A DNA stretch of 64,000 nucleotides from Gammaproteobacteria bacterium (GCA_016179185.1 JACORW010000059.1:1400-65399), one strand, 5' to 3'; shown: positions 28,321 to 38,580, counted from the stretch's first letter. Made by a program: numbers and translations. Notes: generated from the letters alone by a model not told the origin.

Positions 28321-29739
28321 ATGCGGCGCACCAAGATCGTCGCCACCGTCGGTCCCGCCTCCTCCGATCCCGCCGTGCTCGCCCAGTTGATCGATGCCGG
28401 CGTCAACGTCTTCCGGCTGAACATGTCGCACGGCAATTATGACTTTCACACCAATGTTTACCGCCACATCCGGAAGCTGGGCGAGGAAAAAGGCACGATC
28501 ATTGCCATTCTCGCCGACCTTTGCGGTCCCAAGATTCGCGTCGGAACATTTCCGGGAGGCAAGATAAAGCTGGAATCCGGCGCCGCCGTCAAGGTGACGA
28601 CCCGCGATGTGGAAGGCCACGCCGGCCTGATCCCGTCCCAGTATTCCGGCCTGGCGGGTGACGTGAAACCCGGCGACCGGATACTGCTCGACGATGGCGC
28701 GCTTGAACTCAAGGTCAGCGCCGTGCACGGCACGGACGTGCATTGCAAAGTGGTTCAGGGCGGTGTTCTCAAGGACAAGAAGGGCATGAACCTGCCCGGC
28801 GTCAAGGTATCCGCGCCTTCGCTGACGGAGAAGGATCGCGACGATGCAATATTCGCGCTGGAACTCGGGGTGGACTTTCTTGCGCTGTCGTTCGTGCGCC
28901 GCGCGGCCGACATCATGGAACTGCGCGAACTGATCTGGGAGCAAAACGGCACGGCCGCCGTGATTGCCAAGATCGAAAAGCCGGAGGCGCTTGCCGAGAT
29001 CTCGCGCATTCTGGACGTGGCCGACGGCATCATGGTCGCGCGCGGCGACTTGGGCGTGGAACTGCCGCCGGAGCAGGTGCCGGTGGCGCAGAGCCAGCTC
29101 ATCGAGATGGCGCGTACCAAGTTCAAACCGGTGATCGTGGCAACGCAGATGCTGGAATCCATGATCGTGAGCGCCCGGCCCACCCGCGCCGAGGTCACCG
29201 ATATCTCCCACGCCGTGACGCTGGGCACCGACGCCGTGATGTTGTCCGCGGAAACGGCCTCGGGCGCGCACCCGGTGGCCGCCGTGCGGATGATGGACCG
29301 CATTGCGCGCCAGACCGAATCCTACCTGTGGCGCAGCGGCCATTACGGGACGTTCACTGCCCATTCACTGACGCCACCGCTCCCGATCTGGGGCGTGATG
29401 GCCAATGCCACGTCGCACATGTCCAAGGACCTCATGGCACGCGCGGTGCTGGTGATCTCGCAAAGCGGCATGTCCGCGTCCACGGTGTGCTCGGCGCGGC
29501 CGGCCGCGCCGGTCGTGGGCATCACCCGCAGCCCAGAGGCATGCCGGCGCATGGCGCTCATGTGGAGCGTGATCCCGATACTGGCGCAGGAGGCCGGCAT
29601 CAAAAACCCGAATGCGCTGGCTCAACGCGTGGCGCAGGAACTGGGGCTAGCGGAAAAGGGTCAGTATGTCCTGCTGGTCCGCGGTTTCAGCAGTAATCCG
29701 GAGCTGAACACGCCTTCCGTAACCGCACTGGTGGTATAG
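28321..29739 (+). CDS. pyk: pyruvate kinase
   Basis: ORF 28252..29739 trimmed to ATG 28321 (MRRTKIVATVGPAS). ATG 28288 is an alternative. MVARGDLGVE and ATQMLESM motifs. Confidence 0.93.
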   Translation: MRRTKIVATVGPASSDPAVLAQLIDAGVNVFRLNMSHGNYDFHTNVYRHIRKLGEEKGTIIAILADLCGPKIRVGTFPGGKIKLESGAAVKVTTRDVEGHAGLIPSQYSGLAGDVKPGDRILLDDGALELKVSAVHGTDVHCKVVQGGVLKDKKGMNLPGVKVSAPSLTEKDRDDAIFALELGVDFLALSFVRRAADIMELRELIWEQNGTAAVIAKIEKPEALAEISRILDVADGIMVARGDLGVELPPEQVPVAQSQLIEMARTKFKPVIVATQMLESMIVSARPTRAEVTDISHAVTLGTDAVMLSAETASGAHPVAAVRMMDRIARQTESYLWRSGHYGTFTAHSLTPPLPIWGVMANATSHMSKDLMARAVLVISQSGMSASTVCSARPAAPVVGITRSPEACRRMALMWSVIPILAQEAGIKNPNALAQRVAQELGLAEKGQYVLLVRGFSSNPELNTPSVTALVV

Positions 29740-29795
29740 GTGATCGTCAGTGCCGCGGCACCGCGCTCCGCAACGCACAGAATTGAAAACTCAGG

Positions 29796-31499
29796 TTGGC
29801 GTTGAAACTCCAGTCGCCTAGCGGGAAACGGGCACTCAAGCTTGCCGTTGCGACAGTACTGAGCCTGGTAGTTGGTGTGGCTTTGCTGCTCGCATTGCAA
29901 ACCCCTACCCAGCCGGAAAACATCATTGTCGTCCTTACAGACGACCAGCGCTGGGACACACTCTGGGCCATGCCGGCGGTAGAGCGGGAACTGGCCCAGA
30001 AAGGAGTTGAGTTCAAAAACGCCTATGTAAGCGACCCACAATGCTGTCCATTTCGGGCCAGCTTTTTGGGAGGCGGATACTATGCTCACCGGACTCACGT
30101 GTTGACCAATAGCTGGCCCAATGGTGGTTCGCGCCGCTTTGCTGATCGGAATTCTCTGGCACAAAAGCTACAGACCCGCGGCTTTCGCACTGCGATCATT
30201 GGCAAATATCTCAATGATTATGAACGCATTGCCCCCCATGTTCCCCCCGGGTGGACGCTCTTTCATGCCATCACATCCCAGGGTAACTTCAAAAAATTCG
30301 GCGTAGTCACGGGTTCAAGCAGTCCGAATCAAGCCACCCGTGGACGCGAACTGCAGGTTAACAAGTACATCACCGATTACATTCGCGATCGAGCACTTGA
30401 GTTCATTGACGAAAACAGGGATAAGCCATTTTTTCTCCTCGTGAGTACAACGGCTCCACACGGTCCGGCTACGGCAGCCGATGGTGACGAGAGTTTATTT
30501 TCCGATTTCCGTTTTAAACGGTCGAATCTCGGGGAATCGAACCTCACTGATAAACCGACTTGGGTGCAATCTGCCGCCCGCGAGAAGGACTTCGCCAATT
30601 TTAGCCGCAACCAACTTCGAAGTCTGCAAAGCGTCGATCGCATGGTCCATGCCTTGATAAATCGACTTACGCAGTACGGTTTGTTGACGCGGACACGCAT
30701 TATCTTCACGAGTGACAACGGGTTGATGTGGGGTGAGCACGGGCTTTACCACAAATCCAAGCCTTATCAAGAATCGCTACGCGTACCCTTAATCATTCGT
30801 GCTGACGGACTTACTGGTCCTATATCGGCGCGTATCGAAGAAAACCTGGTAGTTGTGAACTTGGATATCGCACAGACGATTCTCAACTGGGGGCGCGTAA
30901 ATATCGATAGTGATGGAGAGGATTTGACTCCATTAGTACGCGGTCGGCCTAAACCAGACTGGCGCTGGCAAAACGACGGGTTTCTAATTCAATATTTTGA
31001 GGCTGCGAATCTCAAGCGGTTTAAACCGCCGCTATGGGCGGGCTGGGTAACACCAAAGTATAAATACGTATTTTACCCGCAGACTGGCGAGGAGGAATTG
31101 TATGATCTAATGGAGGACAATTTTGAATTGGAAAGCAAGCATGCGCTGCAAAGCCACGCGGAAATCCGTGCCAGGCTGCGCAAAAATGTCGAAGCAAGTG
31201 CCGGATTGATTATCACTACCTCAACGATCCGCCATGGTAGGGTGGGAACCATGTACTCGGATCGATTGCTGTCGATTTGGGGAAATGGCATCGAGCGAAA
31301 ATGGTCCGTTACGGGGCCTAGACCCCTGCCGGACGGATTGCAGCTAAACGCAGCTACAGGGCTGATATCCGGCATACCCCGCGTTGCTGGAAATTTCACT
31401 ATTCAAGTGCGTGTCGAGGACACCGTACGTTCACCGCAAGACAACCTGCCCCAGTCCTACACGGTCAGGCTGCGGCTGCGCATCGCCCCGGAGAAATAG
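29796..31499 (+). CDS. formylglycine-type sulfatase with C-terminal Ig-like domain (low-GC gene)
   Basis: 567 aa. N-terminal hydrophobic signal/anchor. VLTDDQRWDT and CCPFRAS (C-x-P-x-R) sulfatase motifs. C-terminal LPDGLQLNAATGLISGIPRVAGNFTIQVRVED is Ig-like. TTG start, uncertain. Confidence 0.85.
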   Translation: MALKLQSPSGKRALKLAVATVLSLVVGVALLLALQTPTQPENIIVVLTDDQRWDTLWAMPAVERELAQKGVEFKNAYVSDPQCCPFRASFLGGGYYAHRTHVLTNSWPNGGSRRFADRNSLAQKLQTRGFRTAIIGKYLNDYERIAPHVPPGWTLFHAITSQGNFKKFGVVTGSSSPNQATRGRELQVNKYITDYIRDRALEFIDENRDKPFFLLVSTTAPHGPATAADGDESLFSDFRFKRSNLGESNLTDKPTWVQSAAREKDFANFSRNQLRSLQSVDRMVHALINRLTQYGLLTRTRIIFTSDNGLMWGEHGLYHKSKPYQESLRVPLIIRADGLTGPISARIEENLVVVNLDIAQTILNWGRVNIDSDGEDLTPLVRGRPKPDWRWQNDGFLIQYFEAANLKRFKPPLWAGWVTPKYKYVFYPQTGEEELYDLMEDNFELESKHALQSHAEIRARLRKNVEASAGLIITTSTIRHGRVGTMYSDRLLSIWGNGIERKWSVTGPRPLPDGLQLNAATGLISGIPRVAGNFTIQVRVEDTVRSPQDNLPQSYTVRLRLRIAPEK

Positions 31500-31540
31500 A
31501 GGCTGGTGCCGGCTTCCGAGGTGGCATACCAAAAAGTCAG

Positions 31541-32119
31541 TTACAGGCCCACATTCTTCAGCAATTTAGCGGAATCAGCCTGCATACCGGAATCGATCCT
31601 TAACGTGAACCGCTCACGGGTATCCGGATCGCGTTCAACCGTGCTCTCAGCACCCGGATAAAGTTTCCCCAGCAGCGATTTCACCGCGGGCAGGATCGCG
31701 GTCTCGGTGGCGGCCGTGTTGGGCGCCTCGAGCCGGTCATTGGCGAACAATTCCAGTTCCCCGGCGTTGAATTTCAATTTGCCGGCAAACCGTGCCTCGC
31801 GCTCCAGCAAATCGCAGGCCTGTAGCGCCAGGCGGCAAACCGTGATCAATCGCGCCGTCAAATCTCCAGGCAGCGCGTGCTTGCTGTAGTAACTTACGCC
31901 CCGCCGGCCGCCGATTTCATCCACGGAATAGTTCCCCGCGTGGGTGATGAGCAGGATGCCGGGGCCGTGGTGCACGTGACTGTAATCCGCGACGTCAATG
32001 AGCACGCCCGGCAACGTATGCGCCTGGATCCACTGGTGAAATACCTGGATGAAATCCAGCGCCGGCAGGGTCAAGCCTTCCTGCATTGGCACCTTGATGC
32101 CAATTCTGTGCAGCTCCAT
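31541..32119 (-). CDS. hypothetical protein co-transcribed with the sulfite/nitrite reductase-like gene
   Basis: 192 aa, host-like codon usage. Starts 9 nt after the upstream stop. I recognise no family. Confidence 0.6.
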   Translation of the reverse strand: MELHRIGIKVPMQEGLTLPALDFIQVFHQWIQAHTLPGVLIDVADYSHVHHGPGILLITHAGNYSVDEIGGRRGVSYYSKHALPGDLTARLITVCRLALQACDLLEREARFAGKLKFNAGELELFANDRLEAPNTAATETAILPAVKSLLGKLYPGAESTVERDPDTRERFTLRIDSGMQADSAKLLKNVGL

Positions 32120-32128
32120 GGCGTGAAC

Positions 32129-34420
32129 CTACGCTTCAGCGGGCTCGGCGGCGGCCGGCTTCTCGCCGGGCAGCGGCGCGCGTGTCTGGATGAGGCGCAG
32201 ATTGCACGCATGGGCCGCCTCGATGAACAACTGCGTCTCCTCCAGCAGCAGCCGCGCGCGATCGGGACCGGTGCGCCGATCCTGTTCGACGTGGCGACGG
32301 AACAGGTACTCGGAGAATTTTCCGCCGGCAAACCGGTCTTTGAACAGTCCTGATTCCACCATGCGCGTTTTGAATTCGCGCACTATCTGATCGGCGTTGT
32401 CGCCGATGTCATGGAACTGCGTGCGTACCAGGCCCTTGGCCGCGAGCAGCATGGCCCGGTACGCGGACCTGTCCGCCTGGTCGAATTCGCCCGCGTCGTA
32501 ATGCAGCTGCGCTTCGAAGTAAAGCCGTTCCGCGCCCTGCAGATCGAAATCCACCATGGACACCACTTCGCCGGCGCACTCGCCGGTACCGATGTCGTTC
32601 AACGTGAATTCGCGCGGGTCGCGCCAGTCGGAATAATACGCACGATCCATTTCATAGGGCGGAATCACCGAGCACCGGTCGATCAGCGCCTTCAGTTCCT
32701 TTTTGCCCACGCGCTGCACGAAATCCCGGAAACTTTCCCCCTGCCGCCGGTCGGTCAGATATTTTCCTGTGACCTGATCCACGAGATCAGGAACACGCTT
32801 GGATGGCACGACCCCTATGGCAAGCCCGTAGGCACCGGCATTCTCCGACCATTGCCCGCCGAGCACGACGCGGAAATGCGGAACGGTGCGGCTGCCGGAC
32901 TTGCGGCTGACGCCATAAAACCCCAGGTCCGCGAGGTGATGCTGGCCGCAGGAATTGAAGCAGCCGCTGACCTTGATGCGCAGATCCTTGACCGACTGAT
33001 CCAGTGACGCGAACTGGCGGGCCAGGCGCTGCCGAAGCTCCCCGGCCAGTCCGCGCGACGACGCAATGCCCAACTTGCAGGTGTCCGTGCCCGGGCACGC
33101 GGTGACATCCACAATGGTCCCGGCGCCGGGCAACGCGAGACCGGCGGCCTTGAGGTCCCGGTACAGCGCGGCGACATCTGCAGCCGGAACCCAGCGCAGC
33201 ACGATGTTCTGTTCCACCGTCGTGCGCACCGCATCGCCCACATAGCGCCGCGCGATATCGGCCAGTTGCCGCATCTGCCATGAAGTGATGTCCCCCAGCG
33301 CCAGCGCCACCGTGGCGACGACATAACCCGGCTGGCGCTGCGGGTAGATGTTCGTCGCGCGCCAGGCCTCGAATTCCGCATCGCCGATGCCCGTCACCGC
33401 CGTCGACGCCGGCCTGACCGGTTCCTCCCGGTAATGGGGCAACTTTTCCAGCCACTCCGTCCACGCCGGGTCCGGCGCCAGCGCAGCGCGCTCCTCGCGC
33501 ACCAGCCGCCTGAATTCGTCAATGCCCAGCTTATCCACCAGGAACTTGACGCGTGCCCGATTGCGGTTGCGTTTTTCGCCGAGGCGCGCATACACCCGTG
33601 CCACGGCCTGGCACAGCGGCAGCAGCTCGGTCTCCCGAACAAACTCTTCGAGCACTTTGGCCTCGTAGGGCACTGCGCCCAGCCCGCCGCCCACGAACAT
33701 CTCAAAGCCGCGCACGGCCCTGTCCTCGATCTGCCGCACCGCGGCGATGAATCCCATGTCATGGATGGTCACCAGCGCGCAGGCATTGTCGCGGCAACCG
33801 GAGAACGCAATCTTGAATTTGCGACCGAAATCCTGCACGTCCGGATGCCCGAGCAGAAAGCGGAAGCAGGCATCCGCATAGGGCGTGATATCGAACGCCT
33901 CTTCGCGGCACACGCCCGCAATGGGGCAACCGGTGACATTGCGCACCGAGTTGCCGCACGCCTCGCGCGTCGTGATCCCGACCGCGGCGAGGCGCCGCAT
34001 CAGGTCCGGCGTATCCTCGATGTGCACATAGTGCAATTGGATGTCCTGGCGCGTCGTGATGTGGCTGATGGCATCGGAGTATTCTTCGGCCACATCCGCC
34101 AGCACTTCCATCTGCGCCGGCGTCATGCCGCCGTAGGGGATCTTGATGCGCATCATGCCGGGGGCGTCCCACAGCGTTTCCGGCCCCTTCAGCAAGCCCG
34201 GGGACGGGAATTCCAGCGTGCGCTGGGCGATGCCGTCATGGCGCTGGCCGTTGTCGTAGCGCTGCCCGTATACACCACGGCGCAGCCGCGTTTCCGCGAA
34301 CAGCTTGTCATCCACCTTGCCCTGCTTCTTGAGGCGGATCTGGGACTCGAATGCGTCCACTTCCTCCGCCCATGCCGCGGGCATCTTCTCCGCCAGAATC
34401 GTTTTCCAGGTTTGCATCAC
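32129..34420 (-). CDS. nitrite/sulfite reductase-family hemoprotein with a ~190-aa C-terminal helical extension
   Basis: 763 aa. Siroheme/4Fe-4S ligand motifs TACPGTDTCKLG and SGCFNSCGQH. Duplicated NIR_SIR ferredoxin-like halves. Confidence 0.88.
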   Translation of the reverse strand: MMQTWKTILAEKMPAAWAEEVDAFESQIRLKKQGKVDDKLFAETRLRRGVYGQRYDNGQRHDGIAQRTLEFPSPGLLKGPETLWDAPGMMRIKIPYGGMTPAQMEVLADVAEEYSDAISHITTRQDIQLHYVHIEDTPDLMRRLAAVGITTREACGNSVRNVTGCPIAGVCREEAFDITPYADACFRFLLGHPDVQDFGRKFKIAFSGCRDNACALVTIHDMGFIAAVRQIEDRAVRGFEMFVGGGLGAVPYEAKVLEEFVRETELLPLCQAVARVYARLGEKRNRNRARVKFLVDKLGIDEFRRLVREERAALAPDPAWTEWLEKLPHYREEPVRPASTAVTGIGDAEFEAWRATNIYPQRQPGYVVATVALALGDITSWQMRQLADIARRYVGDAVRTTVEQNIVLRWVPAADVAALYRDLKAAGLALPGAGTIVDVTACPGTDTCKLGIASSRGLAGELRQRLARQFASLDQSVKDLRIKVSGCFNSCGQHHLADLGFYGVSRKSGSRTVPHFRVVLGGQWSENAGAYGLAIGVVPSKRVPDLVDQVTGKYLTDRRQGESFRDFVQRVGKKELKALIDRCSVIPPYEMDRAYYSDWRDPREFTLNDIGTGECAGEVVSMVDFDLQGAERLYFEAQLHYDAGEFDQADRSAYRAMLLAAKGLVRTQFHDIGDNADQIVREFKTRMVESGLFKDRFAGGKFSEYLFRRHVEQDRRTGPDRARLLLEETQLFIEAAHACNLRLIQTRAPLPGEKPAAAEPAEA

Positions 34421-34553
34421 TGTTCCTGCGGCTCACCGAAAGATGTATACCCTAGCAGGGTCGTCTTATTCTTAGAAGTGAGGAAACAAAATATTCTTAT
34501 AACCAATTGCATCAAATGGGGTCAGACCCCATGTCCTAACTCTTTGTCTTTGT

Positions 34554-36605
34554 TCAGGTCTCTTCGGCCGGCGGGCGGTATTCGTCCATCAACTGCTTCT
34601 GCGTGCGCGCCGGCACGGGTTCGTAGTGGCTGAACGTCATCGAAAATGAACCGCCGCCGCCGGTCAGCGATTTGAGCTTCGACTGGTATCCGTCAATCTC
34701 GCTCAACGGCACCTGGCAGCGGATCGTGGTCTGGTTCCCGGGTAACGCCTCGGTGTTGCTGATGCGCCCGCGTTTTCCGGACAGGTCCGCGGTGACATCC
34801 CCCACGGAACCGTTCGGTGAGGTCACGTGGATCTCCACGATGGGCTCCAGCACCACCGGTCTGGCCTTTCCGAACGCATCCAAAAACGCCTTGCGGCCGG
34901 CCGTGACGAAGGCCACCTCCTTGGAGTCCACCGGATGATGCTTGCCGTCATGGACCGTCACGCGGATGTCCTGCATGCGGTAACCGGCGATGGCCCCCTG
35001 CTCGTAGGCCTGGCGTACCCCTTTCTCCACCGCGGGGATGTACTGGCGCGGGATGACACCGCCCACGACGTCATCCACAAATTCGAAACCGGTCCCGCGC
35101 GGCAGCGGCTCCACGCGCAGAAATACCTCGCCGAACTGCCCGGCGCCGCCGGTCTGCTTCTTGTGGCGGCAATGTCCCTCGGCCGCCGCAGTGATGGTCT
35201 CGCGGTAGGGGATGCGCGGCGGCCGCGTATTGACGTCGGCGTGGTAACGCTCGCGCAACCGTTCCAGGATGATGCGCAGGTGCAGTTCCCCCTGTCCCCG
35301 GATCACCGTTTCATTCAACGACGCATTGTGCTCCACGCGCGCGCTCGGATCTTCGGCCTGCAGTTTGTGCAGCGCATCCGAGATCTTCTGTTCGTCGCCG
35401 CGGCTCTTTGCCTCGATGGCCAGGCCCAGCATCGGCTCCGGCAATACCATCGAACGCAGGTGAATGTGATCCTCGTCGTGCGAATCATGCAGCACGGCGT
35501 CGAAATGGAGCTCGTCCACCTTCGACACCGCGCAGATGTCGCCCGGCACGCCGCGCGCTATCTCCTGGGTGTCCTTGCCCTGCAGCTTCAGCAGATGACT
35601 CACTTTGAAGGGCTTGCGCCCGTCGCCGATGAACAACTGGCTGTCCTTGCTGACGGTCCCCTGGTGGATGCGGAATATCCCGAGCCTGCCGATGAACGGA
35701 TCGATGCTGACCTTGAACACGTGCGCCAGCGCGTGCCGCTTCGGATCCGGGACCAGCTCTATCGGCTGCGCCTCGGCGCCCTCGCCCTTCAGAAATTGCG
35801 GCGGGTTGCCTTCCAGCGGATTCGGCATCAGGCGCGCGAAGATTTCCAGCAGTTCGGCGACGCCGGCGCCGGTTTTGGCCGAGACAAAACACACCGGCAC
35901 CAGGTGGTTCTCGCGCAGTGCCTTCTCGAACGGATCGTGCAACTGCTCGCTGCTTAATTCCTGACCCTGCTCCAGGTATTGCTCCATCAGCTTTTCATCC
36001 AGCTCCACCACCTGATCGACGATCTGGGTGTGGGCCTCGCGCACGGACATGAAGTCCGTGTCCTTGCCGCCGGGTTGGAAGAAACAGTCCACGACTTCGG
36101 TACCTTTGGCGGACGGCAGATTGATGGGCAGGCACGCTGCACCGAAGGTCTGCCGGATTTTTTCCAGCAGCGTATGCAATTTCGCGGGCTCGGTGTCGAT
36201 CTTGTTGATGATGACGAGCCGGTCCAGGCCGCGCTCCTGCGCCACCTCCATCATCCGCAGGGTCACGCGATCTATGCCGCTCTCCGCGCTGATGACCACG
36301 GCGCAGGTCTCGACGGCGGGCAGCATCGCCAGCGAGCGTCCGAGGAAATCGGGGTACCCCGGGGTATCCACGAGGTTGATGTGCCCGCCGTGGTAATCGA
36401 GACTGACCACGGTGCATTCAAGAGAATGCTGGTGCGCCTTTTCCTGCGGATCGAAATCGCAGACGGTCGTGCCCTTCTCTACCGACCCCGCCTGTTTGAT
36501 GACGCCGGCGCGCAGCAGCAGCGCCTCCACCAGCGTGGTTTTGCCGGCGCCCGCCTGCCCCACGAGCGCGATGTTGCGGATGTCTTCCGTGCCGTAAGCG
36601 GCCAT
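34554..36605 (-). CDS. elongation factor G paralogue (EF-G2-like GTPase)
   Basis: ORF 34554..36665 trimmed to ATG 36605 after GGAGGGG. NIALVGQAGAGKTTLVEALL, DTPGYPDF and NKID G-motifs. Confidence 0.9.
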   Translation of the reverse strand: MAAYGTEDIRNIALVGQAGAGKTTLVEALLLRAGVIKQAGSVEKGTTVCDFDPQEKAHQHSLECTVVSLDYHGGHINLVDTPGYPDFLGRSLAMLPAVETCAVVISAESGIDRVTLRMMEVAQERGLDRLVIINKIDTEPAKLHTLLEKIRQTFGAACLPINLPSAKGTEVVDCFFQPGGKDTDFMSVREAHTQIVDQVVELDEKLMEQYLEQGQELSSEQLHDPFEKALRENHLVPVCFVSAKTGAGVAELLEIFARLMPNPLEGNPPQFLKGEGAEAQPIELVPDPKRHALAHVFKVSIDPFIGRLGIFRIHQGTVSKDSQLFIGDGRKPFKVSHLLKLQGKDTQEIARGVPGDICAVSKVDELHFDAVLHDSHDEDHIHLRSMVLPEPMLGLAIEAKSRGDEQKISDALHKLQAEDPSARVEHNASLNETVIRGQGELHLRIILERLRERYHADVNTRPPRIPYRETITAAAEGHCRHKKQTGGAGQFGEVFLRVEPLPRGTGFEFVDDVVGGVIPRQYIPAVEKGVRQAYEQGAIAGYRMQDIRVTVHDGKHHPVDSKEVAFVTAGRKAFLDAFGKARPVVLEPIVEIHVTSPNGSVGDVTADLSGKRGRISNTEALPGNQTTIRCQVPLSEIDGYQSKLKSLTGGGGSFSMTFSHYEPVPARTQKQLMDEYRPPAEET

Positions 36606-36773
36606 GTATCCCCTCCGTTCCCGTCGTTCCATCGCAGGATAGTGGGTCGGGGCGAGGTCTGGCAATCAACGACCATAACCTGCATGCCGGCCGGGTAAAC
36701 CCGGCCCCACAAATTCCGGACGAAGGATTGGCTGTCCAGCGGGTCGCTTCAGCCGGCCATTCCCACCTGTGAA

Positions 36774-37007
36774 TCAGGCGTAGTGGTATCGGGCGATTAG
36801 CGCGCGGCCGCGGCGTGTCAGATATCCATCCGCATCCACAAACCCGGATCGAACGGCGATTTCCAGCAGACTGTCGGGCAGATTTTTGGGAAGGTAAACC
36901 ATGCCGTCGTCAAACCGGCATTGCAGCAGGGCTGCGATCTGGATTTCTTCGGTCTCGGAAGGTTGTTCAACAGGCAGCGGCTGTGGACCGGGTGCGGCGG
37001 TTTCCAT
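36774..37007 (-). CDS. hypothetical small protein
   Basis: 77-aa ORF upstream of the EF-G paralogue on the same strand. No recognisable motif. Confidence 0.3.
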   Translation of the reverse strand: METAAPGPQPLPVEQPSETEEIQIAALLQCRFDDGMVYLPKNLPDSLLEIAVRSGFVDADGYLTRRGRALIARYHYA

Positions 37008-37170
37008 AATCTTCGATTACTTCCGCCCCCTCAACGGGGGAAATTCCATCTGATTAGTAAATTCAATGAGTTATGCTACACGGTTAAGTAGTGATGTCAA
37101 CATCATATTGCACTGCGGCATCAGCTTAATTTCTCAGACAGCGGAAACCGCGGGGGGTTCTGGGTCCGCA

Positions 37171-37222
37171 CAGTGAAAAGTGAAAAGAAATACCCTTCCT
37201 TCCACTTTTAACTTTGCACTGC
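37171..37222. repeat. heptamer-armed hairpin (copy B4, short)
   Basis: AGTGAAA AGTGAAA AGAAATA ... TTCCACTTTTAACTTTGCACT. Directly abuts MITE-like element F2. Confidence 0.6.
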
Positions 37223-37225
37223 ACA

Positions 37226-37454
37226 GGCTAAATATCTGTTCCAAATTGCAGCACAAACGGCCGGTCCGATCTCATGTTGGCGGACCGTGTGCCGCAGGAG
37301 CGGCACCCGAGCCTACAGGGCAAATTGCTGCTCCTGCGCAATCTGCATTCCCGCCATCCCTGGCGGTCAGACCGTATTCACGGTGTGTCCGCCAATATGA
37401 GATCGGACCGGCCGTTGGAATTTTGTAGCACATTTCGGAACAGGTATTTAGGCC
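37226..37454. mobile_element. MITE-like element (family F, copy F2) with ~65-nt terminal inverted repeats, no ORF
   Basis: The left end GGCTAAATATCTGTTCCAAATTGCAGCACAAACGGCCGGTCCGATCTCATGTTGGCGGAC pairs with the right end GTCCGCCAATATGAGATCGGACCGGCCGTTGGAATTTTGTAGCACATTTCGGAACAGGTATTTAGGCC. The core carries the family motif (reverse complement of TGTAGGCTCGGGT). Confidence 0.7.
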
Positions 37455-37479
37455 ACGGCCGACGCATTGACCCGTGTGC

Positions 37480-38580
37480 TCATCCTGGCCTGTGCGGGCG
37501 CGCCAGATAAGTTTTCGATTGCATCTCCGCGAGACGGCTTGCCGTGCGCCGGAACGCCGCGGCGTGGCGCCCGCCGGTGTAGAGCGACTCCGCCGGTGCC
37601 GCCGCACTGACCAGCAGCCGCACATTTCGATCATAAAGTTCGTCCACGAGATTGATAAGGCGCAGGGCGGCATCGTTGTCCGCCGCGCCCAACTGCGGAA
37701 TGCGGCTGATCAGCACGGTCTGAAACTGCCGCGCAATTTCAATGTAGTCCACCACCGAGCGCGGACCCTCGCACAGGGCGGCGAACTCGAACCATGCCAC
37801 GCTGTCGGCGCGGCGCGCCACCGGGATGCGCCGGCCCTCGATCTCCACGGTCATGTTGCGGCTGCCGGACTCCGGCGCGAGATGATCGAAATGAGCGTCC
37901 AGCGCGGCGTCCGTCCCGTCGGCGGCCGGGCAGAAATACACCTGCGCCTGATCCAGATAGCGCATGCGGTAATCAACCGCGCCGTCCATGAAGAACACCT
38001 GCGTATGCCGGTTCAGCAGATCGATGGCGGGCAGAAAGCGCTCGCGCTGCAAGCCGTCCCTGTAGAGCTCGTGCGGCGCAATATTGGAGGTTGCCACCAG
38101 CGTCACGCCGCGCGCGAACAGCAATTCCAGCAGCCGCCCCAGCAACATCGCATCGGTGATGTCGGAGACGTGGAATTCATCGAAACACAGTACGATCGAA
38201 TGCGCGGCGAAACGATCCGCGACGATGCGCAGCGGATCACTCTGCTCCTTTACCTCCGCCAGTTCCTGATGCACGTGACGCATGAAGCGGTGAAAGTGCA
38301 TGCGCAGTTTTTTCCCGAACGGGAGACCGTCGAAGAACAGATCCATCAGCCAGGTCTTGCCCCGGCCGACCCCGCCCCACAGGTAAATGCCGCGCGGCGC
38401 CCTGGATCGCCGGCCACGGATCGCCCGCAGCAGCCGCGGCAACAGCGTCATTTGACGCGCCCCGGCATCCACAAGTTCGCGATGCAACCGGTCCAGCAGT
38501 TCCACGGCCGCAACCTGGCACGGGTCGCTGGAATATCCCCGCTGCTCCAGCGCGTGGCGGTGGTGTTCGCGGGGGGTCAT
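37480..38580 (-). CDS. zapE: cell division protein ZapE (AFG1-like ATPase)
   Basis: 366 aa. Walker A GGVGRGKTWLMD and Walker B LCFDEFHV. Confidence 0.9.
   Translation of the reverse strand: MTPREHHRHALEQRGYSSDPCQVAAVELLDRLHRELVDAGARQMTLLPRLLRAIRGRRSRAPRGIYLWGGVGRGKTWLMDLFFDGLPFGKKLRMHFHRFMRHVHQELAEVKEQSDPLRIVADRFAAHSIVLCFDEFHVSDITDAMLLGRLLELLFARGVTLVATSNIAPHELYRDGLQRERFLPAIDLLNRHTQVFFMDGAVDYRMRYLDQAQVYFCPAADGTDAALDAHFDHLAPESGSRNMTVEIEGRRIPVARRADSVAWFEFAALCEGPRSVVDYIEIARQFQTVLISRIPQLGAADNDAALRLINLVDELYDRNVRLLVSAAAPAESLYTGGRHAAAFRRTASRLAEMQSKTYLARPHRPG

Noticed and set aside
37092-37105. Palindrome TGATG-TCAA-CATCA upstream of the small ORF 36774..37007.
   Set aside because: It is not an FNR (TTGAT-N4-ATCAA) or CRP (TGTGA-N6-TCACA) site. 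It occurs once, next to a low-confidence ORF, so I left it unassigned.
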